Below are positions 17,602-27,799 of a DNA stretch of 64,000 nt, one piece after another (positions within the stretch are counted from its first letter, which is position 1; every line of letters begins with the position of its first letter). The DNA is from Candidatus Edwardsbacteria bacterium (GTDB taxonomy: Bacteria > Edwardsbacteria > AC1 > EtOH8). The notes under the pieces were generated by a model. It ran no database searches, was not told the origin of the DNA, and saw nothing but the letters and a program-made list of their open reading frames with translations. A program made the position numbers and the translations under genes. The stretch is from assembly GCA_025453955.1 (NCBI GenBank), contig JALOPJ010000001.1, forward strand, positions 12,515 to 76,514. The letters are read 5' to 3'.

Positions 17602-18810
17602 TCAAACGCTGCCGGTCGCCGCAGCCGCGCCGTCGATCCGGCGCGCCGCCAGGGCCAATCCCAGCATCGTCCACATCACGGTCACCGGCACCGACGACCC
17701 GAAGTTGTACTCGGCCAGGCCCATCACCATGAACCCGACGGCGCAGGCCAGCCCCCCCCGGGCGACGGGCCGCAGGGCCGGGCCGGAAACGCGCAGCGCG
17801 GCCGCCAGCTCCCGGAAAACGGCGGTCCACATCAGCACGAACGCGGCCAGGCCGACGGCCCCGGTGGTGACGGCGAACTGGATGAAATTGTTGTGCAGAT
17901 GGCCGGTCGACATCGCGATCCCCCAGTAGGGATTGTCGCAGGGGATATGGCAATACTGGTCCTGCAGCGAGATCAGTCCGAACCCGGTGAGGGGACGCTG
18001 CTGGAAGAGGTGCCACCCCATCCGCCAGAGGTTGAAGCGGATCTGGAGGCTGACCGGCTTGTTGCCGGTGAAGAACAGCCAGGCTTCCATCGGCCGGTCC
18101 CGGAACGTCACCGCCAACAGGGCGACGGCGGCCAGCGCGACCGCGGCGACCAGCCACCACCAGCGCCGCCGGATCAGCAGCGTCAGCCCCGCCACCCAGC
18201 CGGCCCAGGCGCTGATCGTCTTGGTCAGCGCCAGCCCGGCGACGACGGCCGCACCGGCCGCGGCCAGCGCCCAGGCCCGGCCCCGCTGGCGGGCGGCGAT
18301 GCTGCCGGAGAGCAGCGACAGCGCCAGCAGCGCGGCCATCATGTAGATGCCGCCGGAGTGCATCGCGGTCGGCTGGGTCCCCAGCAGGCGCCCGTCGACG
18401 CCGATCGCGACCTTGGCCAGGCCGTACCCGGCGGTGAGCGCCGCCCCGGCCAGGAACGACCCGGCCAGCCAGCGCAGCTGCCGGGCGTCCTTGACCGCGA
18501 ACTGCAGCAGGTACACCGGCGTGACCAGGTAGAACTTCTTCAGCATCACGGCGCTGTCGGCCGGCCGCGGCGAGAACGCGGTCGCCAGCAGGCAGGCGGC
18601 CAGGAACAGGCCGAACCACTTGTCCAGCGGCGTGGCGAACCCCAGCCAGCGGCGCGACACCCCGCATTTCGCCAGCCAGAGCACGATCGCCACGAACAGC
18701 GAGATCTGGGTCAGCGCGATGCCGACCGTCAGGCTGAAGGCGAACAGCAGCAGGACGGCAGCGAGGACGCGGTCCAGCGCCCGGAGCGCGGCCGGGGCGG
18801 GCCCGGTCAT
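17602..18810 (-). CDS. waaL: O-antigen ligase family protein (WaaL/Wzy_C domain)
   Basis: 402-aa polytopic membrane protein with the Wzy_C signature (HLHNNFIQFAVTTGAVGLAAF) and a periplasmic loop. It is the last gene of the polysaccharide locus. Confidence 0.65.
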   Translation of the reverse strand: MTGPAPAALRALDRVLAAVLLLFAFSLTVGIALTQISLFVAIVLWLAKCGVSRRWLGFATPLDKWFGLFLAACLLATAFSPRPADSAVMLKKFYLVTPVYLLQFAVKDARQLRWLAGSFLAGAALTAGYGLAKVAIGVDGRLLGTQPTAMHSGGIYMMAALLALSLLSGSIAARQRGRAWALAAAGAAVVAGLALTKTISAWAGWVAGLTLLIRRRWWWLVAAVALAAVALLAVTFRDRPMEAWLFFTGNKPVSLQIRFNLWRMGWHLFQQRPLTGFGLISLQDQYCHIPCDNPYWGIAMSTGHLHNNFIQFAVTTGAVGLAAFVLMWTAVFRELAAALRVSGPALRPVARGGLACAVGFMVMGLAEYNFGSSVPVTVMWTMLGLALAARRIDGAAAATGSV

Positions 18811-19403
18811 GGCAGCTCGATCCAGTACTCATTCATGCGGCGGCCCTCCGGCGTCGCGTATTCGCGGCCCACGGCGAACCCGCAGCGCCGGTAGAATCCG
18901 TTGACGGCGTCGTTGCCGTCCCGGTCCGTCGTCAGGAAAACGCGGCGCGCCCCGCGGCGGACGGCCTCGTCCAGGAACGCCCGCACCAGCTCCCGGCCGG
19001 CGCCCCGGCCCTGCTCGCGGGGGTGGACGCCCAGCGAGAACAGCCCGGCGACCTCCCCGCCCGGCGGGTTGACCGAGGGCTGGCGCAGCGCCCGCAGCAG
19101 GCGCGGGACGACCGCCGGCCGCCGGACCACCGCCGCCAGCGCCGCCAGCCCGAACCGCAGCCAGTCCCGCCGCAGCAGCCCGGCATAGAAGCCCCGGGGA
19201 TCAGCCGCCCCTGCGACGAAGCCGGACGGACGCCCCCCGCCGTCCAGGTGCACGAAGGCGATCCCCTGCGGCGAGCGACAGACGCCCCGGTAGAACAGCG
19301 CCAGGAATCTGGTCCCCAGGGTGCTGAGGAAGAACCCGGGGAAACTGGCCTCGTGGACCGCCGCGATGTCGCGGCAGTCCACGGCCCTCATCGGGCGGAT
19401 CAC
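18807..19403 (-). CDS. GNAT family N-acetyltransferase
   Basis: Acetyl-CoA binding motif (QGRGAGRELVRAFLDEAVRRGARRVFL). Overlaps its neighbours by 4 nt. Confidence 0.7.
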   Translation of the reverse strand: MIRPMRAVDCRDIAAVHEASFPGFFLSTLGTRFLALFYRGVCRSPQGIAFVHLDGGGRPSGFVAGAADPRGFYAGLLRRDWLRFGLAALAAVVRRPAVVPRLLRALRQPSVNPPGGEVAGLFSLGVHPREQGRGAGRELVRAFLDEAVRRGARRVFLTTDRDGNDAVNGFYRRCGFAVGREYATPEGRRMNEYWIELP

Positions 19404-20632
19404 GGCCCGCCCCTCCCCGCCCGTGCCAGCAGCCGCTGGTAGGCGGCGGTGGCGGCGCGGCGCTCGCAGTACCGCCGCAGGAAGTCCCGGCCGTTGCGGC
19501 CCAGGCGGGCGCGGCGGGCACGGTCGCGGCGGAGCGCCAGGATGGCGTCCGCCAGCGCCGGCGCGTCACCGGGAGCGACCGTAATCCCGCAGTCCGCCCG
19601 TTCTATCAACGAGCGGGTGTCGCTGTCCGCGTCGACGCTGGCGATGACCGGGCGGGCAGCCGCCATGTACCCCAGCACCTTGCTCGGCACCGAGGTCCGG
19701 CCCATCCCCGGCCCCAGGGTGACCACCGATACGTCCGCGGTTGATTGCACCAGCGGCAGCAGCTGCCGCGGCTGGAAGGGGAGGAACACCATGTTGGCGA
19801 GTCGGCGCCGCCGGGCCAGGTCCCGGACCTCGTCCTTGGCCACCCCTTCGCCCACGAACAGGAAGACGATGTCGCGGTGGCGGGCGAGGCGTTCGGCGCA
19901 GTCGACCAGCAGGGCGGCCCCGGAGATCAGGCCGATGGTGCCGGAGTACAGCACCACGAACTTGCCGACCAGCCCGTGGGCGCGGGCGAACCGGTTGTCG
20001 CGGGGCGCCGGGGCGATCTCGGACGCGTCCAGCCAGTTGTAGACCAGGTCGACCTTGTCCGCCGGCTGGCCTTTGGCCACGATCGCGTTGCGGAACCCCT
20101 CGGAGATCACGGCGACCCGTCGCGCCCGGCCGTAGATCGCGCCCTCCAGCCGGCGCAGGGCCCCGATCAGGCGCTGATCGGTGATGACCCCGGCGTTGAC
20201 GGCCGCGTCGGGGTACAGGTCCTGGACGTTGAAGACGTAGGGCACGCCGCGCAGCCGCGACAGCGCGATCGCGATCAGCCCGTTGGTCAGCGGCGGCGAG
20301 GGCAGCAACGCCACGTCCTGCCGCGGCAGCCGCAGCGACGCCAGCAGCGCGGTGAGTCCGAAACTGGCGTAGGTCAGCACCCGCGACAGCGTCGTCCGGC
20401 GGGGGGAGGAGAATTGGTAGCAGCGCACCACGTCGACGCCGCCCAGCCGCTCCCGCCGCGCCAGGCGCTGCCGCCAGCCCGGGAACACCACGCCGGCGGG
20501 ATGGCTGGGGAATCCGGTGACCACGGTGACGCGATGCCCCCCCGCCGCCAGGTCGTCGGCCAGCTCCTTCATCATCACCCCGATCGGCGCGACCTCCGGC
20601 GGGAAGTACTGGCAGATGATCAGTATCCTCAT
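19400..20632 (-). CDS. Glycosyltransferase family 4 (GT-B, GT1-type)
   Basis: Start MRILIICQYFPPEVAPIGVMMKEL (verified at the cat at 20630-20632). The C-terminal EX7E-type region (GPGMGRTSVPSKVLGYMAAARPVIAS) is present. The track ORF carries an 80-aa spurious N-terminal extension. Confidence 0.8.
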   Translation of the reverse strand: MRILIICQYFPPEVAPIGVMMKELADDLAAGGHRVTVVTGFPSHPAGVVFPGWRQRLARRERLGGVDVVRCYQFSSPRRTTLSRVLTYASFGLTALLASLRLPRQDVALLPSPPLTNGLIAIALSRLRGVPYVFNVQDLYPDAAVNAGVITDQRLIGALRRLEGAIYGRARRVAVISEGFRNAIVAKGQPADKVDLVYNWLDASEIAPAPRDNRFARAHGLVGKFVVLYSGTIGLISGAALLVDCAERLARHRDIVFLFVGEGVAKDEVRDLARRRRLANMVFLPFQPRQLLPLVQSTADVSVVTLGPGMGRTSVPSKVLGYMAAARPVIASVDADSDTRSLIERADCGITVAPGDAPALADAILALRRDRARRARLGRNGRDFLRRYCERRAATAAYQRLLARAGRGGP

Positions 20633-20648
20633 CGCCCCCCTCGCTTCT

Positions 20649-21665
20649 TCATGGCGCGTCCCGTCCGGCCCCGGCGAATTTCCCGAGCTTCGCCGGCAGC
20701 CAGCGCCGGTCGAGCGCGGCGCCGATCTCCGCCGGCGTCGCCGTCCGCAGGGACTGGACGGCCTGGCGCTTGCGCCGGATCGACGGGAGTTGCCGCACCA
20801 GGTCCCGCTTGGCCCGCAGGAACGCATCCACCCTGCCGATCCTGGCGAAATAGGCGAAGCTGCCCAGCGCATAGGCCAGGTGCAGCGGCCCGTATCTTGC
20901 CAGCAACGCCGCCGGCATGTTCTTCAGGAACGTGGCGCTCACGTTCCGTTGGCCGTGGTACACGAATCCGGCGCTGTTGTGGACCTGGCTGAGCGACACC
21001 TTATGGTACACGCGGGCCGCCGGTTCGTTGACGATCCGATAGCCGGCCAAATGGGCCCGGAACGACCAATCCACGTCCTCGTAGCCGTTGAAGAACGCGT
21101 CGTCGAAGAATCCGATGGCATCGATCGCGGACCGCCGGTAGATGGCCGCGCAGGCCACGGCCACGAAGACATCGGCCGCGGCCGCCGTGGCGGGCCCGTC
21201 CGCCAGCCCGCTCCAGCGCGCCTGCACCGATCCGGCGACGGTGTAGGACGCCCCGGCGGCCCAGATGATGTGCGGCCGGTCGTAGTAGAGCACTTTCGAG
21301 TCGCAGGCGGCGATGCGGTCATCGGCGCTGATCCGGCGGTGCAGCGCGGCCAGCCAGCCCGGTTCCACCCGGGTGTCGTTGTTGAGCAGCGCGACGTACC
21401 TGCCCCGGGCCAGCGACAGGCCGGCGTTGTTGCCGGCGCTGAAACCGGTGTTGGACACCAGGCGCAGCAGCCGCACCCGGGGATGGTGCCGGGCGACCCA
21501 TGCGGCGGAACCGTCGGTCGAGCCGTTGTCGACCAGGATGGTCTCGCAGTCGCGGAACGATTGGGCCGACAGCGACCCCAGGCAGTCGCCGAGCAGCGCC
21601 CGCCCGTTCCAGTTGACGACGATGACGCTGATCTCAGGACAGGATGGCGGGGTGCGCATGCGCAC
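20649..21665 (-). CDS. Glycosyltransferase family 2
   Basis: ISVIVVNWNG, DNGSTDGS and a DxD-type region (LNNDTRV), the GT-A fold typical of rhamnosyl/glucosyl transferases. Confidence 0.8.
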   Translation of the reverse strand: MRMRTPPSCPEISVIVVNWNGRALLGDCLGSLSAQSFRDCETILVDNGSTDGSAAWVARHHPRVRLLRLVSNTGFSAGNNAGLSLARGRYVALLNNDTRVEPGWLAALHRRISADDRIAACDSKVLYYDRPHIIWAAGASYTVAGSVQARWSGLADGPATAAAADVFVAVACAAIYRRSAIDAIGFFDDAFFNGYEDVDWSFRAHLAGYRIVNEPAARVYHKVSLSQVHNSAGFVYHGQRNVSATFLKNMPAALLARYGPLHLAYALGSFAYFARIGRVDAFLRAKRDLVRQLPSIRRKRQAVQSLRTATPAEIGAALDRRWLPAKLGKFAGAGRDAP

Positions 21666-22881
21666 GCTCCGGAACAGGTTGAACGGCGCCCCGGGCCCTG
21701 GCGAGGCCGCTGCGGGATCGGCATTGTTCGGACCAGAAGAAGACGACTGCCAGCATCCCGGTAGAATTGAACAGCAGGGGGTTGCTGCCGGCGATGACCA
21801 GATATGACGAAAGCCCTACCAGGATGAATCCGTTGGGAGGGCCGAACGGGGCGATCAGGAGCAGCAGGAAACAGAGGCTGCCGGCGAGGCCGAAATAGCG
21901 CACCATGTCGAGATAGGTGAGCTCCGTCTGATAGACCTCCTGCTCGACGCCCGGAGCAGCGCTGAAATACGAGGCCCCCAGTCCGTCCCCTGTCAGCAGC
22001 ACCGTCGGTTGTTCATCGATGTGGGCGATGAATGACCTGGCGTGCGCTATTTTCACGGAGTTCGATCGCTCGACGGCCGAGAACAGCGAAGTCCGTCTGA
22101 GTGCGATCAGGGCCGGGACGGAACAGGCCATCGCGACGAGCAGCGTCCCGGCGACCAGCCACGGCCTGCGTTTGACCGCCACCAGAATGCACGCCACGCT
22201 TTCCAGCAGCAGGACGAGGAGCAGTGCCCTTGAGGCCGACAGGATTGCCGCTGCGACGATCAGAAGCAGGAACAATGTCGCGCCGATCCTGGCGCCGGCG
22301 CCCGTGCGCCGGCCCACGATCGCGGCGATCAGGGACGGCACCGGCACGGCCAGGAGCGGCGACGTGACGAAGAAGATCATCATCAGATCCAGTCCCGCGA
22401 AGCTCCGGGAACCGATCAGCGCCACGTTGTGATCGATCAGGAACACGGAGACCCGTTGCTGGAGGGTCGGGTCCACGATCGATCCCAGGCCGAGGCCGAT
22501 GGTGCTCAGCGCCAGCAGCCCGGTCCAGAGAAAGACGGGCCGTCGCAGGTCGATGCCCAGGGCGACCACCGGCAGCACCAGGGCCACCGCCCACAACGCC
22601 TTGGCCAGCGACAGCCCGTCGGCGATGCTCTGCCCGGGATGGCGGATGACGAAGACGGCCATCGAAACGGCGGGGAACGCGACGGCGATGCAGAGCACGC
22701 GGAGCAGCAGATCCCGCGGCACGGTCACCCGGTCGAGCGCAATCAACGCCAAAAATAGGGACAGGATGACCGCGAAGACCGTGGGCTTCATTCCCGCGAC
22801 GCTGTCCGAAGGGTCGAAGACCGCGATCCCGCAGTAGAGAGCGGTAAACAGGGCGATGGCCGGAACGAGCAGCCGCTTCAT
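21634..22881 (-). CDS. Polytopic membrane protein, O-antigen polymerase (Wzy)-like
   Basis: 415 aa with about 10-12 TM helices and a large loop, no soluble domains, embedded among GT genes. Function assigned from context only. Confidence 0.45.
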   Translation of the reverse strand: MKRLLVPAIALFTALYCGIAVFDPSDSVAGMKPTVFAVILSLFLALIALDRVTVPRDLLLRVLCIAVAFPAVSMAVFVIRHPGQSIADGLSLAKALWAVALVLPVVALGIDLRRPVFLWTGLLALSTIGLGLGSIVDPTLQQRVSVFLIDHNVALIGSRSFAGLDLMMIFFVTSPLLAVPVPSLIAAIVGRRTGAGARIGATLFLLLIVAAAILSASRALLLVLLLESVACILVAVKRRPWLVAGTLLVAMACSVPALIALRRTSLFSAVERSNSVKIAHARSFIAHIDEQPTVLLTGDGLGASYFSAAPGVEQEVYQTELTYLDMVRYFGLAGSLCFLLLLIAPFGPPNGFILVGLSSYLVIAGSNPLLFNSTGMLAVVFFWSEQCRSRSGLARARGAVQPVPERAHAHPAILS

Positions 22882-23738
22882 CGGTGCTCACGGTTTGCCA
22901 GGACGTCGGACAGGTGCCGCAGGGTCAGGCGGGACAGCACCCGATCCCCGGCCAGGGCTTGCCGGCAGGCCCGGGCCGCCACAGCCAACAGATGGTAGAT
23001 GAAGTCGACCTTGCGGCAACAGGTCCGGTAATACCGGGTCTCCGCCCGCAGCACCGACCGATACCGCCCCGGGGTGACCCGACGCAGCCGTTGTCCGATC
23101 GAGAGGTCGTGGCCCACCACCGCCTCGGTGGCGTAGACCGTCCGCCCCTGGCGGCGGACCATGGCGAACAGCCAGTGGTCCAGATAATCCAGCGGGAACG
23201 CCTCGTTGAAACCGCCCAGATCTGCCATGAACGACGTCCGGATGAGGGTGCCGGAATTGATGGCGGTCACCGTGCCCCGGAGGACTCCCGCCGCGGTCCC
23301 GGCCAGCGGCCGGATCATCCCCCCCCACCGCAGCCGGGCGGGTGAGACCGGTACGCCGTGGTCGGCAACCCTGGGCACGACCGCCACCGTTCCCGGTCCG
23401 ATCGTTTCACCTGCCCGCCGGGTGACGGCGAGGAACCGGTCCGGCAGCGAGGAATCCTGGTCGAGCAGCAACAGCCATTCGTATCGACCGGCCGCGGCCA
23501 TCGCCAGCGCGCGGTTATACGCCCTGGCCAATCCGCCGTTCGATGGGTCGTGCAGGTACTGGTGCTCGAACGGCAACGCCACCGTCATGTCCTGGGCGGC
23601 CGGGCCGTTGTCATGGATGACCAGCGTCAGCCGCGGCCGGTCCTGCGGACAATGCTCCCAGGATCGCACCAGGGAAGCGATTGTGGATGACTCGTCAGGC
23701 CGGCATTGGTACAAGACCACCACGGCGATGATGTTCAT
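22878..23738 (-). CDS. Glycosyltransferase family 2 (rhamnosyltransferase-like)
   Basis: Start MNIIAVVVLYQCRPDESSTIASL (ATG at 23738; the track ORF extends to 23765), with a DQD motif (LLLDQDSSL). Confidence 0.75.
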   Translation of the reverse strand: MNIIAVVVLYQCRPDESSTIASLVRSWEHCPQDRPRLTLVIHDNGPAAQDMTVALPFEHQYLHDPSNGGLARAYNRALAMAAAGRYEWLLLLDQDSSLPDRFLAVTRRAGETIGPGTVAVVPRVADHGVPVSPARLRWGGMIRPLAGTAAGVLRGTVTAINSGTLIRTSFMADLGGFNEAFPLDYLDHWLFAMVRRQGRTVYATEAVVGHDLSIGQRLRRVTPGRYRSVLRAETRYYRTCCRKVDFIYHLLAVAARACRQALAGDRVLSRLTLRHLSDVLANREHR

Positions 23739-24595
23739 CCTCTGCCCCGGGCCTTGCCGATGCAAGCCGCTATCGTCTGCATCATGGTCCGCTTGCGGGG
23801 CAGGCCGGCGATCGCGTCCTCCCGCTCCCGGATCGCTTCATCGATGGCCGGCTGACAGTCGGGGCGTCCCAGGTGGTCCGACAGCAGCCGCAGCATCTCG
23901 ATCTCGCGCAGCCATTTCGACATGGCCGGCGCCCCGCCCCAGGCCCCGGTCTGATGGATCCGGTAGACGGCCATCGTCTCGTTGATGAAACCGATCTTCC
24001 CGTGCCGGGCCGCCAGCACGAAATAGGGCCAGTCGAGGGGCGTGACCCGATCGAACCACGGCGGCAGCACATCGGACCGATGGTTGCGGACCATGCATGA
24101 CGCCGTGTAGATGAAGTTGCGCCGGCACAGGTCCGCGATGGTCAGGGTTGGGGCCAGGCGGCCGCTGGAGCGCCGGCGCCTGAAGAGGTTCGCGACGGTC
24201 CGGGGGTACGACAGGACCACGCGGTGGAAGCACAGCGCATAGTCCGGATTGGCCTCCAGGAAGTCCACCTGCTGCTGCAGCTTGTCGGGATCGGTCCAGT
24301 AGTCGTCGCCTTCCAGACATGCGATGTATCTCCCGGTGCATAATGGCAACGCAGACTCGTACGCATTGCGCATGGCCCCCACGTTCTTTGTCTGGCAGAC
24401 CGCGGTGATCGCACCCGGATGGGTGGCCTGGTATCGCTTGACGATGTCCGTCGTGCCATCGGTCGAGCAGTCATCACCGATGACGAGTCGGTAATCGAAG
24501 CTGGTCCGCTGCATCAACACGCTTTCGATCGCCCGAGCGATGTACCTCGCATGATTGTAGGTGACCATCCATACGCTGACCATGGGCTCGGCCAC
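23735..24595 (-). CDS. Glycosyltransferase family 2
   Basis: VSVWMVTYNHARYIARAIESVLMQ, DDCSTDGT and a DxD-type region (LEGDDYW). Confidence 0.8.
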   Translation of the reverse strand: MAEPMVSVWMVTYNHARYIARAIESVLMQRTSFDYRLVIGDDCSTDGTTDIVKRYQATHPGAITAVCQTKNVGAMRNAYESALPLCTGRYIACLEGDDYWTDPDKLQQQVDFLEANPDYALCFHRVVLSYPRTVANLFRRRRSSGRLAPTLTIADLCRRNFIYTASCMVRNHRSDVLPPWFDRVTPLDWPYFVLAARHGKIGFINETMAVYRIHQTGAWGGAPAMSKWLREIEMLRLLSDHLGRPDCQPAIDEAIREREDAIAGLPRKRTMMQTIAACIGKARGRG

Positions 24596-25278
24596 TAGTA
24601 CAGCCCCCCGTTCACATCGATGCTCGTCCCGGTGATATAGCCGCAGCTGATCAAGTACTTGATCGTTGTCAGGATCTCCGATGGCTCGCCCAACGCCCTG
24701 GACGGGATGGCCCGTTTCACCTCTTCCCGCAATTCCGTCGGCACATCACTGATCATCCCGATGTCGAAATATCCCAGGTTGATGTTGTTGATGGTGATAC
24801 CCCGGTCTGCGTTTTCCGCTGCGATCGCCCTGGTCATCCCCCATAATCCTGCCTTGGAGGCGGCGTACGCGCTCGTCCCGGGCACGGCTTTCTGGGCGAC
24901 GACCGATGACAAGTTAATGATCCTCCCGTAGCGTTGCTCCCGCATCATCGGCAACAAGGCGTTGATGACGTGGAAGGTCCCCACCAGGTTGACCGTGATC
25001 AAACGGGCCCACCGCGCCGGGTCCGCCTTGTGCGCCAGCGCGTTGTAATTCACGCCGGCGCAATTGATCAGCACCATCTTGCTGCCGTTGCGCTTTTTGA
25101 TGGCGGCCGCGAAGGCCGCGACATCCGCTGGATCGGCGACATCGACCCGGCGCATCGAGCCGACGTTTTTGTTCGGCGCCGTGCTGTTGAAAAGGCCGAT
25201 GACATCCTGCTCCTCACGGATGAATTCCCCCATGAGGTACAGCCCGATGCCCTTAGATGCGCCGGTAATGATGATCAT
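24595..25278 (-). CDS. Short-chain dehydrogenase/reductase (FabG-like 3-oxoacyl reductase)
   Basis: Start MIIITGASKGIGLYL (cat at 25276-25278), catalytic YxxxK (YAASKAGL) and NAG motif (NNAG...). The track ORF has a 55-aa spurious extension. Confidence 0.8.
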   Translation of the reverse strand: MIIITGASKGIGLYLMGEFIREEQDVIGLFNSTAPNKNVGSMRRVDVADPADVAAFAAAIKKRNGSKMVLINCAGVNYNALAHKADPARWARLITVNLVGTFHVINALLPMMREQRYGRIINLSSVVAQKAVPGTSAYAASKAGLWGMTRAIAAENADRGITINNINLGYFDIGMISDVPTELREEVKRAIPSRALGEPSEILTTIKYLISCGYITGTSIDVNGGLY

Positions 25279-25300
25279 GGTTGGCACCTTGCATTGGATC

Positions 25301-26293
25301 TCAAGACCATTTGATGATCGAGGCGCCCCACGTCCAGCCTGAGCCGACGGCGGCAAAAAGCACGAGCGTGCCGGGACTGAGCTTCCCCGATCGGTTGACC
25401 TCGTCCAGCAAGATTGGGATCGTTCCTCCCGAGGTGTTCGCATACCGGTCCATGTTGGTCATCACTTTTTCGAATGGCAGCCCGATCATTTCTGCGGTCT
25501 TCTTCAGGATGGCGATGCTCGGTTGATGCGGGATCATGTAATCGATATCAGCGATGCGGAGATTGGTGTCCGAGAGGACCTGGGTGATCGCCTGCGACAG
25601 CACCTTGGTCCCGGTATTGTAGACTTCCCTGCCGTTCATCGTGAAAAACTGCAATCCTTCCCGGATGTTCTCCTCAGTCAGGGGGATCTCGGAGCCGCCC
25701 CCGGGCACGGTGAAGTTGAACTTCCCCCTGCCGTCCGAATAGAGCCGAAAAGCCAAGAACCCTTCGTCGCCGCTGCTGTGCGACAGGACGGCGGCGCCGG
25801 CCCCGTCGCCGAAGAAGACGGCGTCCCTGCTGGTCCAATCCGTGATCCGCGAGAATATGTCGGCCCCGACGACGAGCACGTTGTTGTACACGCCGCTGGC
25901 GATGAACTGCGCGGCCGTCGACATTGCGAAGAGAAAACCCGAGCAGACGGCCGCCAAGTCGAACGCGACCGCGTTGTACGCCTGGATCTTGTCCTGGACG
26001 ATGCAGGCCGTCGACGGGGCTTTCCGGTCAGGCGTGGCGGTCGCGACGATGATCAAGTCGATGTCCGGGGGACGCAACCCAGCGTTCGCGATCGCGGACA
26101 GGCCGGCCTTGGCGGCCAAATCGCTCGTGGTCTCGTTTTCGGCGGCGATCCTTCTTTCCCTGATGCCCAGCGTCGATTGGATCCACGCAGCCGAGGTCGG
26201 CACGATGCTTTCGAGATACTCGTTCGTACAAACCTTTTCGGGGACGTACGAACCCGTCCCCGAGATCTTCACCCTGCGGATGAGCTGTCTCAT
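25301..26293 (-). CDS. fabH: 3-oxoacyl-[ACP] synthase III (KAS III/FabH family)
   Basis: Active-site Cys context (AFDLAAVCSGFLFAM), His (IPHQPSIAIL) and Asn (YANTSGGTIP). Sits inside a sugar-modification gene block. Confidence 0.8.
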   Translation of the reverse strand: MRQLIRRVKISGTGSYVPEKVCTNEYLESIVPTSAAWIQSTLGIRERRIAAENETTSDLAAKAGLSAIANAGLRPPDIDLIIVATATPDRKAPSTACIVQDKIQAYNAVAFDLAAVCSGFLFAMSTAAQFIASGVYNNVLVVGADIFSRITDWTSRDAVFFGDGAGAAVLSHSSGDEGFLAFRLYSDGRGKFNFTVPGGGSEIPLTEENIREGLQFFTMNGREVYNTGTKVLSQAITQVLSDTNLRIADIDYMIPHQPSIAILKKTAEMIGLPFEKVMTNMDRYANTSGGTIPILLDEVNRSGKLSPGTLVLFAAVGSGWTWGASIIKWS

Positions 26294-26844
26294 GGCTCAA
26301 GCTCGTATCGCTGCTTGACCTGGATGTATTCTTCCTGCAGGATGCTCAGCAGCCACGTATTCTTGTGCTCGCCGTTCTTATACACATAGTTCCGCATCAA
26401 TCCCTCCTTGCGAAAGCCGGCTTTTTCCATCAGCTTGATCGCCACGCCATGCTCTTCGAGCGCATGACCGATGCATCGGACCATCCGCAACTCCTCGAAC
26501 ACGTACTTCAAGATCATCAGGGCGGTCTGGAGGCCGTACCCCTTGCCCGATTTCTCGGGCGCCAGCTTGATGCCGCTCCAGAAGCAACTGCCGTTGCGGT
26601 AATCGATATCCGCTATCGACGTGTACCCGATGATGCCGTCGTTGCCGTTTTCGCATATCGCCAGGTACACTGCCGACGGGTTGTCGCCCTGGATGATGTC
26701 CTGCACCCATTTGAGCTCCCGCTCCGGGGACACGAACCGCTTCACGCCCCCGATCTTGTTCTCCATCGCCTCGATCCGCCGCAAGGCGTTGATGAACAGA
26801 GCGTCCTCGGTCCGGAAAGCCCTGAGGTAAATGCCGAATACCAT
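26290..26844 (-). CDS. GNAT family N-acetyltransferase (RimJ/RimL-like)
   Basis: 184 aa with the acetyltransferase fold motif (GKGYGLQTALMILKYVFEELRMVRC). Lower GC than its surroundings. Confidence 0.75.
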   Translation of the reverse strand: MVFGIYLRAFRTEDALFINALRRIEAMENKIGGVKRFVSPERELKWVQDIIQGDNPSAVYLAICENGNDGIIGYTSIADIDYRNGSCFWSGIKLAPEKSGKGYGLQTALMILKYVFEELRMVRCIGHALEEHGVAIKLMEKAGFRKEGLMRNYVYKNGEHKNTWLLSILQEEYIQVKQRYELEP

Positions 26845-26848
26845 GTCG

Positions 26849-27799
26849 TTACCCTCCTATCAACGTGCTGAGTTCTTGGAGATCGGCTTTCCCGTACCGC
26901 TGATCGATGGGCAGCGCCAGCAAGTCGTCCGCCAGATGCCGCTCGAAGGGACTGGGCCGGGCGGCCAGCGACGACGGCCCCCAGTACTGGGCGACGTACA
27001 CCTTGTTCCTGATCAGCGCCTTCCTGATCACCTTCCCGTCGCCGCGCAGGTAGGGATAGATCAACGGGCAGTCGCGCGCCCCCAAGTGTACCCGGAGTTC
27101 GTTCGTTCCGCCCAATCGCGAATGCAGGAACGCGAAATTGCCCCGCCGGATGGTCCTGACGGCCTCATAGTCGATGTTCCGCAACAACGCCAGGGTCAGC
27201 GCCGACATCGCGGCGATGGGCTGCCCGGCCAGTGACCGTTCGTTTCGGACGAAGTCGCGATATCCCTGATCGGGATTGCCGTCGATCCTTTTCAGGAGAT
27301 GCCTCATCCGGTGCCAGGAACTGGCCGGTCGCGGCGCCGCCGCGAGTCTTTTCTCGGTATAGAGATAGCCGCCATCGGGTACGCCGAAAAATTTTCTGGG
27401 CGAATAGAAGGCGTCGACCCCCGGCAGTGGCGTGGCGTAAAACGCCTGGGCGTTGTCGATGATCACGTTGGGGCATACCCGGGCGATCCGCTGCGCCCCG
27501 CGCCCGTGCAGGCCGAAGTAATTGGTATACACGAAGGCCTCCCGGGGCCGGACCAGCGCAACGTCGAACAGGGGTTCCAACCGCTCATCGAGATGGTAGT
27601 ATTGGCACGCCAGCCCCAGCTTCCGGATCGGCTCCCGCATCACATCACAGGTGTACGCTGGCAGGTATACCTTGCGGTACTTCCCGGCCCGCAGGAGGTA
27701 TTCGAAGGCATTGCGGGCGGTGTTCACCCGGATCGCCCCCGGGTGGTACTCTGCGCCCTTGCGCAGTTCCAATTCGAAATACCCGCCGACGGCTCTCAT
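26849..27799 (-). CDS. Short, divergent DegT/DnrJ/EryC1-like (PLP-fold) protein
   Basis: 316 aa. VYLPAYTCDVMREPIRKLGLACQYYHLDE resembles the DegT AAT-fold region, and FYSPRKFFGVPDGGYLYT resembles the SFHATK...EGG PLP-lysine region. It is about 60 aa shorter than canonical DegT. Confidence 0.45.
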   Translation of the reverse strand: MRAVGGYFELELRKGAEYHPGAIRVNTARNAFEYLLRAGKYRKVYLPAYTCDVMREPIRKLGLACQYYHLDERLEPLFDVALVRPREAFVYTNYFGLHGRGAQRIARVCPNVIIDNAQAFYATPLPGVDAFYSPRKFFGVPDGGYLYTEKRLAAAPRPASSWHRMRHLLKRIDGNPDQGYRDFVRNERSLAGQPIAAMSALTLALLRNIDYEAVRTIRRGNFAFLHSRLGGTNELRVHLGARDCPLIYPYLRGDGKVIRKALIRNKVYVAQYWGPSSLAARPSPFERHLADDLLALPIDQRYGKADLQELSTLIGG

